From Mobula hypostoma (taxonomy: Eukaryota), in the NCBI RefSeq assembly GCF_963921235.1, contig NC_086104.1, positions 4,030,001-4,094,000 on the forward strand: a stretch of DNA of 64,000 nt, given 5' to 3'. The translations under genes and the position numbers were made by a program. Positions within the stretch are counted from its first letter, which is position 1, and every line of letters starts with the position of its first letter. The notes under the pieces were generated by a model. That model did no database searches. It was not told where the DNA came from and saw only the letters and a program-made list of their open reading frames with translations. Shown one piece after another: positions 1 through 13,100 of this stretch.

Positions 1-818
1 ATGGGGCCCCAAACTGTTGACAATACTCCAAGTACTGCATGACTAGTGTCTTACAAAGCCTCAGCATTATCTCCTTTGTTTCATATTGTATTCCCCTTGA
101 GGTAAAAACTGGGCATGGGGGAGTTGCACTGCTAATCAGGGACCAGAAATAAGACCAAAAGATATAGGAGCAGGATTTGGCCATTCAGTTCAGCGAATCT
201 GCTCCGCCATTCCATCATGGCTGATCCTGGATCCTACTCAACCCCAAACACCTGCCTTCTCACCATATACTTTGATGTCCTGACCGATATACCCACGGAC
301 TTGGCCTCCACCACAGTCTGTAGCGGAGAGTTTTACAGATTCACTACTCTCTGGTTGTAATAACTCCTCCTTACCTCTGATTAACTGATGTCCCAATGAA
401 CCGGAATCTACTGTATCTGCCTGGAACAGGTTACTGGGGTAGTAGTGGAGCAGGTAGTTTGTTTGACTTTAAGAGGATTTTCAATAGGTATGTGAATACA
501 ATGGGAATGGAGGGATATGAATGATACATAGGAGGAGGATATTTAACATAAATGAGCATCAAGGTTTTCACAACATCAAGGCCAGATGTTCTGTCCAGTT
601 CTGTACTGTTCCACGTTCAATTCGAAGTGGGTGGTGATTACCTGAAGCACATATTTATCACCCAGCATTGGTCTCGCCTGAACTCTGTAAACTCAGGAAC
701 AGCCGCAACATAATATTAATATCAGAAGCAATAAAGTGTTTGTACTTTCACAAGAGGTCATGTAACAAAAGATGTCTGCTTCAAGCTGGGGTTGAAGTGA
801 CGATATTCTCCCTTACAG

Positions 819-1163
819 GTGCAGACGTTCCTGTCCTTATCCAGTCCCCGAGCGTACAGCGTGTCACTGAGGGTCACACGGCGTGGTTATGGTGTACCAT
901 GAGCAAAGCCAGGGTGGAAGACACCGACGTCCACTGGTATCGGAAACTACCTGGGCAGGACATGGAGTGGGTTTTAACACACAGGGCAGGAGGCAGATCA
1001 GAGAGGGGACGGGGTTTCACTGAGAGGTTCCAGTCCTACAGAGACACGTCCAACAGCAGCTTCACCCTGACAGTCACAGACGTGGTGCACAGTGATTCTG
1101 CTGTCTATTACTGCAGAGTGTGGGAAAACATCGATGGGAATGGCGCCCAGCTCATCGTAACCA
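819..1163 (+). CDS. Exon V1a: VJ-type Ig V domain (GADVPVLIQSP...WLWC...VHWYR...DSAVYYCRVWENIDGNGAQLIVT)
   Basis: Acceptor ttctcccttacag|GT and donor ACCA|gtgagt, phase 1-1, 345 nt. Canonical B-strand Cys, C-strand Trp, DxAxYYC and a J-like GxG(T)xLxV end in one exon. Confidence 0.92.
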
Positions 1164-4100
1164 GTGAGTACAAGTTCTATTTATTCAGCAGTGTGTTCCT
1201 GCATTGGGAGTTATTCCAACACCACTCACTTCCCGTGGCTGGGCACATTGTACTGAAGAACACTCAGTGTAATACTGGAGCCCCATCACTGGGACACGAT
1301 CCAGAGCACTGTGGCCCCTAACTCATGGGTGGGGAGCACCGACGTGGTGACTGACCGTCTGCTCTGTGTGTCCAGTTGGATATTTGAAAATAAATTTCAA
1401 TGTGAAGTGTGTTATCACAGGAGAGAAAAGGAGAAACTGTTCAGTGTTCAGAGTCATAGATCAAGGTCTCTTAAATCTCAACCATCTCTCCTAAATGCTC
1501 TGAAAATAAGACATAAGAACATAAGAAATAGGAGTAGGAGTAGGAGGAGGCCATCTGGCCCATCGAGCCTGCCCCGCCATGCAAAAAGATCATGGCTGAT
1601 CTGTCTGTAAGCTCAGCTCCATCTACCTGCCTTTTCCCCATAACCCTTAATTCCCTTACTATGTAAAAACCTATCTAACTGTGCCTTAACTATATTTAGT
1701 GAGGAGGCCTCAACTGCTTCCCTGGGCAGAGAATTCTACAGATTCACCACTCTCTGGGAAAACAATTTCTCCTCATCTCCGTCCTAAATCTTCTCCCCTG
1801 AATCTTGAGGCAATGTCCCCTGGTTCTCGTGATAAGACGATAAAACGATAAGTGATGCAGAATCAGTTAACACTCTTAAACAGCATCTCAAAAAACTATT
1901 TATTTAACTTGCATTTAATAAAGATCTTTCAAAGTTCAAAGTAAATTTATTATCAAAGACCATATATAGAAACATAGAAACATAGAAACATAGAAAATAG
2001 GTGCAGGAGTAGGCCATTCGGCCCTTCGAGCCTGCACCGCCATTTATTATGATCATGGCTGATCATCCAACTCAGAACCCCGCCCCAGCCTTCCCTCCAT
2101 ACCCTCTGATCCACCTAGCCACAAGGGCCATATCTAACTCCCTCTTAAATATAGCCAATGAACTGGCCTCAACTGTTTCCTGTGGCAGAGAATTCCACAG
2201 ATTCACCACTCTCTGTGTGAAGAAGTTTTTCCTAATCTCGGTCCTAAAAGGCTTCCCCTCTATCCTCAAACTGTGACCCCTTGTTCTGGACTTCCCCAAC
2301 ATCGGGAACAATCTTCCCACATCTAGCCTGTCTAATCCCTTTAGGATTTTATACGTTTCAATCAGATCCCCCCTCAATCTTCTAAATTCCAACGAGTACA
2401 AGCCCAGTTCATCCAGTTTTTCTTCATATGAAAGTCCTGCCATCCCAGGAATCAATCTGGTGAACCTTCTTTGTACTCCCTCTATGGCAAGGATGTCTTT
2501 CCTCAGATTAGGGGACCAAAACTGCACACAATACTCCAGGTGTGGTCTCACCAAGGCCTTGTACAACTGCAGTAGTACCTCCCTGCTCCTGTACTCGAAT
2601 CCTCTCGCTATAAATGCCAGCATACCATTCGCCTTTTTCACTGCCTGCTGTACCTGCATGCCCACTTTCAATGACTGGTGTATAATGACACCCAGGTCTC
2701 GTTGCACCTCCCCTTTTTCTAATCGGCCACCATTCAGATAATAATCTGTTTTCCTATTTTTGCCACCAAAGTGGATAACTTCACATTTATGCACATTAAA
2801 TTGCATCTGCCATGAATTTGCCCACTCACCCAACCTATCCAAGTCACCCTGCATCCTCTTAGCATCCTCCTCACTGCTAACACTGCCACCCAGCTTCGTG
2901 TCATCCGCAAACTTGGAGATGCTGCATTTAATTCCCTCATCCAAGTCATTAATATATATTGAAAACAACTGGGGTCCCAGCACTGAGCCTTGCGGTACCC
3001 CACTAGTCACCGCCTGCCATTCTGAAAAGCTCCCGTTTATTCCCACTCTTTGCTTCCTGTCTGCTAACCAATTCTCCACCCACACCAATACCTTACCCCC
3101 AATACCATGTGCTTTAAGTTTGCACACTAATCTCCTGTGTGGGACCTTGTCAAAAGCCTTTTGAAAATCCAAATATACCACATCCACTGGTTCTCCCCTA
3201 TCCACTCTACTAGTTACATCCTCAAAAAATTCTGTGAGATTCGTCAGACATGATTTTCCTTTCACAAATCCATGCTGACTTTATCCGATGATTTCACCGC
3301 TTTCCAAATGTGCTGTTATCACATCCTTGATAACTGACTCCAGCAGTTTCCCCACCACCGACGTTAGGCTAACCGGTCTATAATTCCCCAGTTTCTCTCT
3401 CCCTGCTTTTTTAAAAAGTGGGGTTACATTAGCCACCCTCCAATCCTCAGGAACTAGCCCAGAATCTAACGAGTTTTGAAAAATTATCACTAATGCATCC
3501 ACTATTTGGGCTAGTTCCTTAAGCACTCTAGGATGCAGACCATCTGGCCCTGGGGATTTATCTGCCTTCAATCCCTTCAATTTACCTAACACCACTTCCC
3601 TACTAACATGTATTTCGCTCAGTTCCTCCATCTCACTGTACCCTCTGTCCCTTACTATTTCTGGAAGATTATTTATGTCCTCCTTAGTGAAGACAGAACC
3701 AAAGTAATTATTCAATTGGTCTGCCATGTCCTTGCTCCCCATAATCAATTCACCTGTTTCTGTCTGCAGGGGACCTACATTTGTCTTTACCAGTCTTTTC
3801 CTTTTTACACATCTATAAAAGCTTTTACAGTCCGTTTTTATGTTCCCTGCCAGTTTTCTCTCATAATCTTTTTTCCCCTTCCTAATTAAGCCCTTTGTCC
3901 TCCTCTGCTGAACTCTGAATTTCTCCCACTCCTTGAATATGTCGCAATATTCAACCCTGAAGTTCATTTTCTTGTGGGCATACCCAATAAATCCAGATTG
4001 CAATAGCAACTCTTGTTGCGTGAATGACATCGCAGAAGTAAATTACTGGTAGATTCAAAGCAGCTTCTTTATTCGACAAAACAAGGTACAGAAGGCATCA

Positions 4101-7100
4101 TATGGAGATGCTTCCGGTGGGAAAGTCTGCCGGCCCAATGTGTGGATTGATATTTGTTTGCAAAACACAAAGGACAATTCCATTTTACAAAGTATAGACA
4201 ATGCTTTTTTTGAAACTACATACAAACTTCACACCTTTTGATTCGTGTCCTTCCCACAGACGCCAGCATCATCTAGACTGGGGTCCGGAGTTTTTTGGAA
4301 TGCACCATTCCAAATTAAATCTACAATACATTGTCAAGGAACAGAAGACTGGTAGCCAAAGCCATTTGCTAAATATAAATGACCTAAAGCCAAAAATCAC
4401 TCTAACAATAACAATTATAGAGACAATGAAAGACTGCACAAACTTGGTGTTGGATGCAAGATGGTGTCAGAGAATCATGGCGACCTTCTCCGGGCTGTGC
4501 GCATCTTTCTGTCTTTAATTTTCATGTTCATGTTTATTTCTTTAATTTTATTTTGATGTTTCCTATTTATCTCATTTTAAAGCCCTTTGAACTACATCAT
4601 CTGTATGAAAAGTGCTCTACAAATGTTATTATTCTTATTACAGATGACACTGTGCAAAGGTGCCTGACTAAAAGCCCTGGAGAAGAGAACTCTGGGTGAT
4701 GATGGATTTAAATGAACCAACTCTCCCTCTTCATTCAAACTTATTGATAATTCTACCACTCACTGAACAGAAATCTGGAAGTTGTCAGAGACCACTTCCA
4801 TGGGGTTCTGGATAGCTTTGTCCCATTGAGTCAGGGAAAGGAAGGGAGGGTGAAGGAACCACAGTTGACAAGAGAAGTGGAACATCTGGTCAAGAGGAAG
4901 AAGGAAGTACACTTAAAATTTATGAAATAAAACATCAGATGGGGCTCTTGAGAGTTATAACGCTGCCAGAAACAATCTTCAGTTGGGACTTGGGAGAGCT
5001 GGAAGAAGCCTTGGCGAGTAGGAATAAGGAAACCCTCAAGACATTCTACACATACCTGAGGAACAGGAGAATGACTAGACTGAGAGGTGGACTGATCAGG
5101 GATAAAGGGAGAAATATTATCAACCGATGCAACATGGTCTTCAGAACCCTCTCCAAACTATAACAGACCCCATGACTGTAGGGCAGCCAAACCATCAAAA
5201 CCAGCCAGATATCACTGACTTCAGTAAAGAGGCTGTAAATTATTCTTGTGGTTAACATTTATTTAAATTTTAGGAATTGTTAAATGCTAGGGAAATATAC
5301 TGCCTTTTATTGAGCTCCATAAATATACATTAATGTCTACATATCCAACACACAGATCCCGCGGATGATCCCGTCCTTGTGCAGGATCCACCAATCAGCA
5401 AGGTGCCGGAGGGTGTAACTGTCCAGCTCCACTGTGCCTTGTATAATGCCAGTGTGACTGTCACCGATGTCCAGTGGTACCACCAGCGGCCGGGGAACAA
5501 GAGCGAGTGGGCGTTGAGTCACTTTGTGAATGACTCTGTGAGCAGGTCTGGGTGTATCTCTGACCGTTTTCAGTCTTACAGGAATGTCGTGAGTAACAGT
5601 TACATTCTGACCATCAGTAACACATCTATTAGTGACACTGCAGTGTACAACTGCAGTGTGTGGAGTTACATCTACGGAGGAGGAACACAGCTCAATGTAA
5701 CTGGTAAGTCAACGTCAGTTCACACCGACAATAACAGCATCTCAGTATTCAACCTTCACACGATGACTGTCAGACACAGGGGGTTCTGTAATGTCCCCAG
5801 TAGAACAGAGAGTCGGATGGTTTTCCCTGGAGTGTAAACTGGGAACAGTTGGGAAATGGAAAAGTGGGAAAGGACAAGTAGTCTGGAATAATATAGAAAA
5901 TTTTGGCAAATCTTTTGTGGATGAACAAGTTTTTCTCTGTAGCTCAGTACACGTGACAATTGTTACAAGAATCACCCCCTTATAATAATGCTCAGTGACT
6001 CGTAGAAAATCTGCAGTTACCGACAAATAACTTTTATTATTTCAAGTAAAAAGCAGGTGGGTTCACACTCTTATCTACCTGTGTGCTCCCCACTAGAACC
6101 ACTGATATTCCATGCACAGTCAATGAAGAGGAATGGTATTACCTGGGAAAGGAATCTGGGGTGGCCAGGAGTTCCTCGTGGTCCCAATCTCCTCCTGTCC
6201 ATGGGGTCCTCCGTATCTGCAATGGTTGCTCTCTGGCTGCTGGAGAGTTATCGCCCCTGTGTGTATGGATCTCCTGAGTCTTACACCGTTCCTCACCATT
6301 TGAACCATTGGATCTCCATCCCATTAGCTCAAGGTCACATGACCTACCTGGGTCACCTTCTTACTGGTCACTGTACAGGAGCTACAGCCAACATCATTTC
6401 ATGGTTCTGCCCACCCCGGACTTGTGTATTTGATCCTTTACACTCTGGCTGGTCCACACCAGTTAAATGAGGCAACCCAGGCAGCATCTGAGATTACAGA
6501 TTATTTCTTTGGTAGGTCTGACAGCTTACATAACAAGTAGCTACTCCTCTTATAATGGTCTCAGTTTTAGCAGATCATTACCTGAAGGTTCCTGTGTCCA
6601 CGTTCAGTTGCTCTGATTAGATTATCCAACAACAAGAATCAGTTCGGTGTCCACAAATTGCGGGGAAACAAAACAATTGGCTTGTCCGTTACTTCTGGCC
6701 AACATCTCCCTCCTTTTGATCCAAAGATATTTATCTTAGGATCATCATCCTCCTCTGCTTCAGTTGACGCTCCATAGGACAGCCATGGAACCCCAGTAGG
6801 TGTGCAACACTTACATTGTAGAAATAATATTAACATTTACTAATTAAATTCACCACTTTATACTGACAATCATGTCTGCTGTTTCATGAGAGTATTATCC
6901 TCAATTTTTGCCAGCATTTCAGCCTTCCATCTTTTCAGTTGATATTCATTGAGCAACACAATTATCAGGGTACATTAAATTAGTATTACAGCATCATATG
7001 GTACTATTCTTACCCATGGATGTAATTGAACATTTGGCCCCCAATTCCAAACCTTACTCCAAAAGCCTGGGTCACTCAGTATTTCATTTGCCTTACCAGC

Positions 7101-10100
7101 ATGAGTTTTAATAACTTTAGTGTGTTCATTCCATTGATGGATGATCTCCCTTGCCTCCTCCACAACACGTGTCCAGTCTGCAGTTAAGTGAGGAATTGGT
7201 GGCAACTCAGTAACAACATAGTCCCACAGATACTCATCTGTATCAGTGCATTGGATCTTGAAGTTCTCCTTCATTACTGTGTATAATACAAATTTGACTC
7301 CTCCATTTCTATTTCCATTGAGAAGATATGTTTTTTTGCTCACTGAGTGTTTTCCAAGCCATGATATCACTGTTGACATGTTTGTCCGCTGTTCTTGCTC
7401 TGGAACAAGACTGACCATGGCCCCAGTCATGGTTAATTCCATTGCAACAAAATACATTATTCGCTTCATGTTGAGTTAAACCTGTAACACACAAGGGTAA
7501 TATCTGCTCTTATTTCCAGTTTAAATCTTAAATTATTTTAAGTCCATTTTTGTTTTTCTAGACCATCTGATCTGGACTCTCAATTATTTTTGGATTCAAG
7601 GCATCCATTTTTCCTCACCCAATTTTGTTTCGGGATAGGATGAACAAGCACTGGCATATTTTCTTCCTCTTTGATTTTTTGACAAAACTCCCCTGGTTCT
7701 CAGGATGAGGGAACTGAAAATCACCCCCGTGATAAGACCTGTCCCCATCTTCTTGGAACAGTTGTTCCATCCGCAAGTCTCCCAAATCAGGGCTATCATA
7801 TGCATCAATTGTTACATGCCAATGGTGTTAACATTCCTGTTAACCCCATATCAACCAGCTTCAGCTTTTATCTGGAGAAGTCAGTACTTTGTACACTGAT
7901 GGACTTGTTTTGTCTACAATTTCATAGGACCCTGCGAACGTTAGATTTTAAGATAAGGTGGGTTGGTTTATTCTAATTATCACTCTTTCTATGGGACTGA
8001 CTTTTGAGTCAAAATAGGCTTTACTCTGTTGCTACTTCTTTCCTATTCGGTGGGTTACCACATAATTGGCCTCCTTCACTGTATCTACCAATTGTGGTAC
8101 CCATTTTACTGACACAATCCCATCTTTCCCAACAGGAATTAGAAAAGGCGAGTCAAAAGGGTAATGTTATGGTAGTCATGGGAGATTTTAACATGCAGGT
8201 AGATTGGGAAAATTAGGCTAGTAATAGATCTCAAGAGAGTGAGTTTGTTGAAGGCCTAAGAGATAGCTGTTTAGAGCAGTTTGTTGTTAAGCTTACTAGG
8301 GGAGCAGCTATACTGGTTTGTGTGTTATGTAATGAACCGGAGGTGATTAGGGAGCTTTCAAAAATCTTTGGAGTCTGGCATGTTGCCTGAGGACTGGAAA
8401 ATTGCAAATGTTGCTCCTCTTTTAAGAAAGGAGGAAGGCAGCAGAAAATAAATTATAGACCAGTTAGCCTGACCTCAGTGGCTGGGAAGGTGTTGGAGTC
8501 AATTGTTAAGGAAGAGGTGATGGAGTACTTGGTGACACAGGACAAGATAATACAAAGTCAGCATAGTTTCCTTCAGGGAAAATCCTGCCCGACGAACCTG
8601 TTGGAATTCTTTGAGGAGATTACAAGTATGATAGATAGAGGGGATGCAGTGAATGTTGTATATTTGGACTTTCAGATGGCCTTTGACAAGATGCCACTCA
8701 TGAGGTTGCTTACCAAGCTCAGAGCCCATGGTATTACAGGAAAGTTACTAACATGGTCAAAGCGCTGGCTGATTGGTAGGAGGCAGCAAGTGGGAATAAA
8801 ATGATCCTCTTCTGGTTGGCGGCCAGTGACTAGTGGTGTTCTTCAGGGGTTGCTGTTGGGACCACTTTTTTTATGCTGTATGTAAATAATCTAGATGATG
8901 GAATAGATGGCTTTTTTGCCAAGTTTGCAGATGATATGAAGATTGTTGGAGGCGCAGGTAGTGTTGAGGAAACAAGTAAGATGTACAAGGACTTAGACAG
9001 ATAAGGAAAATGGGCAAGAAAGTGGCAAATGAAATACAATGTTGGAAAATGCATGGTCATGCACTTTGGTAGTAGAAATAAATGTGTGGACTATTTTCTA
9101 AACCGGGAGAAAATACTGGAATCTGAGATGCAGAGGGACTTGGGAGCCCTTGTGTAGAACACCCTGAATGGTGAGGAAGGCAAATGCCATGTTAGCATTC
9201 ACTTTAAGAGGTCTAGAATACAAGAGCAAGGATGTGATGCTGAGGCTTTATAAGACAATGGTGAGGCCTCACCTTGAGTATTGTGAACAGTTTTGGGCCC
9301 CTCATCTCAGAAAAGATGTGCTGGCATTGGAGAAGGTCCAGAAGAGGTTCACAAGGATGATTCCAGGAATGAAAGGATTATCATATGAGGAACGTTTGAT
9401 GGCCCTGGGTCAGTACTCGCCGGAATTCAGAAGGATGTGGGGGGGGGGGAGGGTGGGATCTCACTGAACCTTTTGCCACCCAATTTTGCCAATTTGTGGC
9501 TGCCACTCCTGCCCAAATAAAGCACCTTGCTTCACCAATTCGTCGGCCTTTCTATTTCTCTCAGGAGAGAATGTTGAAAGGCCTAGACAGAGTAGATGTG
9601 GAAAGGCTGTTTCCCATGGTGGGAAGACAAGAGGGCATAGCCTCAGAATAGAGGGGCACCCTTTCAAAACAGAGATGCGGATAAATTTCTTTAGCAAAAG
9701 AGTGATGAATTTGTGGAATTTGTGGAATTTGTTGTGGAGGCCAGGTCAATGGTTATATTTAAGGCAGAGATTGACAGGCTCTTGATTGGACATGTCATCA
9801 AAGGTTACGGGGAGAAAGCCAGGAACTGGGGTTGAGGAGGAGATAGAAAAAAAAATCAGCTATGATTGAATGGCAGACCAGACCTGATGGGCCAGATGGC
9901 CTAATTCTGTTCCTATGTCTTATGGTCTTGTGGTCTATGGTTTCAGGATCTGACAAATCTAATCCTATCAGCTCCTCTATTCGTCTTATCTCAATTCTGG
10001 TCATGAGCTTATAAGGGGCATAACCTGTAGAAGATGGCACTGTATTCCTTTATTATCATCAGTACATAGGGCAAAACTTCCTGTTGTTGCTATGATGTTC

Positions 10101-13100
10101 CATGTTGCTGCACCATTTTTGCAATAATTTTTTATAGTGTTTGATTCATCCTCTCCACAATTCCATGAGACTGTGGTCTATAGAGTATATGAAATCTCTG
10201 ATTGATCCCTTAAAGTATCATGACATCTTGCATTATCTGGTCTGTGAAATGTGTGCCTTGATCCGATTTGATACTCTGGCGTAGTCCCTAGTGAGTGAAT
10301 ATCCTTTCCAATAAGATTTTTGCAGTGGCCTTTGCTGTGTTTGTCTTAACCAGGAAAGCTTCCACCTACTTTGTAAAGGTATCTATTACTACCAGAATAT
10401 ATTTGTACCCTCCTGAGGTGAGTGGTAAAGGACCAACATAATCTATCTGCAAATTAGTCCCAGGCCCTTCCATTGTCTGGTGTGTTGAAAGGCTCCTTTC
10501 TTTACATTTCTATTGAGATATATCAAACAATTTTTGACATAATGTTCCACGTCATCCTTTATCTTTGGACACCAGCCCACTTCCTTGATCTTTCCAGGGT
10601 GGATTCGCACCCGTGGTGTCCCCATGGTACCATTGGATCATTTGGTTTCTTCCTCCCTCTGGAACCACAAGCTTTCCTTCATGTAGGAAAACTCCATCTT
10701 TGACATTCTTGTGCTCTTTGTATATTTCAGACCCTGCACATATAATCAATTTTTAAAATTCTTTATCTTTCTTCTGTTCTTTCTGCTGATAAATCCATAA
10801 CCTTAATGTATTCTTCCTTCTGCCTCCCAATCTCGCCAATCTGTGGCTGCCATTCCTGCCCAAATGAAGCACTTTGCTTCACGAATTCGTCAGCCTTTCT
10901 ATTTCCCTCAAGAGATAATTTAGAGTGGGCTTTCTTTTCCCTTTGCATCTTCAAATATGTATTGTAATAAAGCAGCAGATGCTTCCTGTCAGCTGAAACA
11001 AACCCACAGTGGTTAAAGAAGAGATTAATGCAATAGAAAGGAAGGACATAAGCCGGGAAGATGTGGAATCGATATGGGTAGAGCTGCGTAACACTAAGGG
11101 GCAGAAGACGCTGGTGGGAGTTGTGTACAGGCCACCTAACAGTAGTAGTGAGGTCAGAGATGGTATTAAACAGGAAATTAGAAATGTGTGCAATAAAGGA
11201 ACAGCAGTTATAATGGGTGACTTCAATCTACATGTAGATTGGGTGAACCAAATTGGTAAAGCTGCTGAGGAAGAGGATTTCTTGGAATGTATGCGGGATG
11301 GTTTTTTGAACCAACATGTCGAGGAACCAACTAGAGAGCAAGCTATTTTGGACTGGGTTTTGAGCAATGAGGAAGGGTTAATTAGCAATCTTGTCGTGAG
11401 AGGCCCCTTGGGTAAGAGTGACCATAATATGGTGGAATTCTTCATTAAGATGGAGAGTGACATAGTTAATTCAGAAACAAAGGTTCTGAACTTAAAGAGG
11501 GGTAACTTTGAAGGTATGAGACGTGAATTAGCTAAGATAGACTGGCAAATAACACTTAAAGGATTGACGGTGGATATGCAATGGCAAGCATTTAAAGGTT
11601 GCATGGATGAACTACAACAATGGTTCATCCCAGTTTGGCAAAAGAATAAATCAAGGAAGGTAGTGCACCCGTGGCTGACAAAAGAAATTAGGGATAGTAT
11701 CAATTCCAAAGAAGAAGCATACAAATTAGCCAGAGAAAGTGGCTCACCTGAGGACTGGGAGAAATTCAGAATTCAGCAGAGGAGGACAAAGGGCTTAATT
11801 TGGAAGGGGAAAAAAGATTATGAGAGAAAACTGGCAGGGAACATAAAAACTGACTGTAAAAGCTTTTATAGATACGTAAAAAGGAAAAGACTGGTAAAGA
11901 CAAATGTAGGTCCCCTACGGACAGAAACAGCTGAATTGATTATGGGGAGCAAGGACATGGCAGACCAATTGAATAATTACTTTGGTTCTGTCTTCACTGA
12001 GGAGGACATAAATAATCTTCCAGAAATAGTAAGGGACAGAGGGTCCAGTGAGATGGAGGAACTGAGCGAAATACATGTTAGTAGGGAAGTGGTGTTAGGT
12101 AAATTGAAGGGATTGAAGGCAGATAGATCCCCAGGGCCAGATGGTCTGGATCCTAGAGTGCTTAAGGAAGTAGCCCAAGAAATAGTGGATGCATTAGTGA
12201 TAATTTTTCAAAACTCGTTAGATTCTGGACTAGTTCCTGAGGATTGGAGGGTAGCTAATGTAACCCCACTTTTTAAAAAAGGAGGGAGAGAGAAACCGGG
12301 GAATTATAGACCGGTTAGCCTAACGTCGGTGGTGGGGAAACTGCTGGAGTCAGTTATCAAAGATGTGATAACAGCACATTTGGAAAGCGGTGAAATCATC
12401 GGACAAAGTCAGCATGGATTTGTGAAAGGAAAATCATGTCTGACAAATCTCATAGAATTTTTTGAGGATGTAACTAGTAGAGTGGATGGGGAGAACCAGT
12501 GGATGTGGTATATTTGGATTTTCAAAAGGCTTTTGACAAGGTCCCACACAGGAGATTGGTGTGCAAACTTAAAGCACACGGTATTGGGGGTAAGGTATTG
12601 ATGTGGATAGAGAATTGATTAGCAAACAGGAAGCAAAGAGTGGGAATAAACGGGACCTTTTCAGAATGGCAGGCGGTGACTAGTGGGGTACCGCAAGGCT
12701 CAGTGCTGGGACCCCAGTTGTTTACAATATATATTAATGACTTGGATGAGGGATTTAAATGCAGCATCTCCAAGTTTGCGGATGACACGAAGCTGGGTGG
12801 CAGTGTTAGCTGTGAGGAGGATGCTAAGAGGATGCAGAGTGACTTGGATAGGTTGGGTGAGTGGGCAAATTCATGGCAGATGCAATTTAATGTGGATATG
12901 TGTGAAGTTATCCACTTTGGTGGCAAAAATAGGAAAACAGATTATTATCTGAATGGTGGCCGATTAGGAAAAGGGGAGGTGCAACGAGACCCATTGAAAG
13001 TGGGCATGCAGGTACAGCAGGCGGTGAAAAAGGTGAATGGTATGCTGGCATTTATAGCAAGAGGATTCGAGTACAGGAGCAGGGAGGTACTACTGCAGTT

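Larger units (their letters stand above)
330..5960 (+). repeat. Segmental duplication unit A (V1+V2 and intervening intron), colinear with 21843-29950
   Basis: Colinear blocks, e.g. 330-1505 ~ 21843-22955, 4440-4700 ~ 23170-23410, 4720-5960 ~ 28720-29950, each carrying private TE insertions. Confidence 0.9.

Noticed and set aside
1088-1094. Perfect RSS heptamer CACAGTG inside V1a (also in V1b)
   Set aside because: No nonamer at 12 or 23 spacing. It lies within framework codons (VHSD) upstream of the F-strand Cys, not at a V end.
668-1321. ORF-track proteins 668-1321 and 22247-22771 as complete genes
   Set aside because: The N- and C-terminal extensions are intronic read-through past clear splice sites, with no signal peptide.
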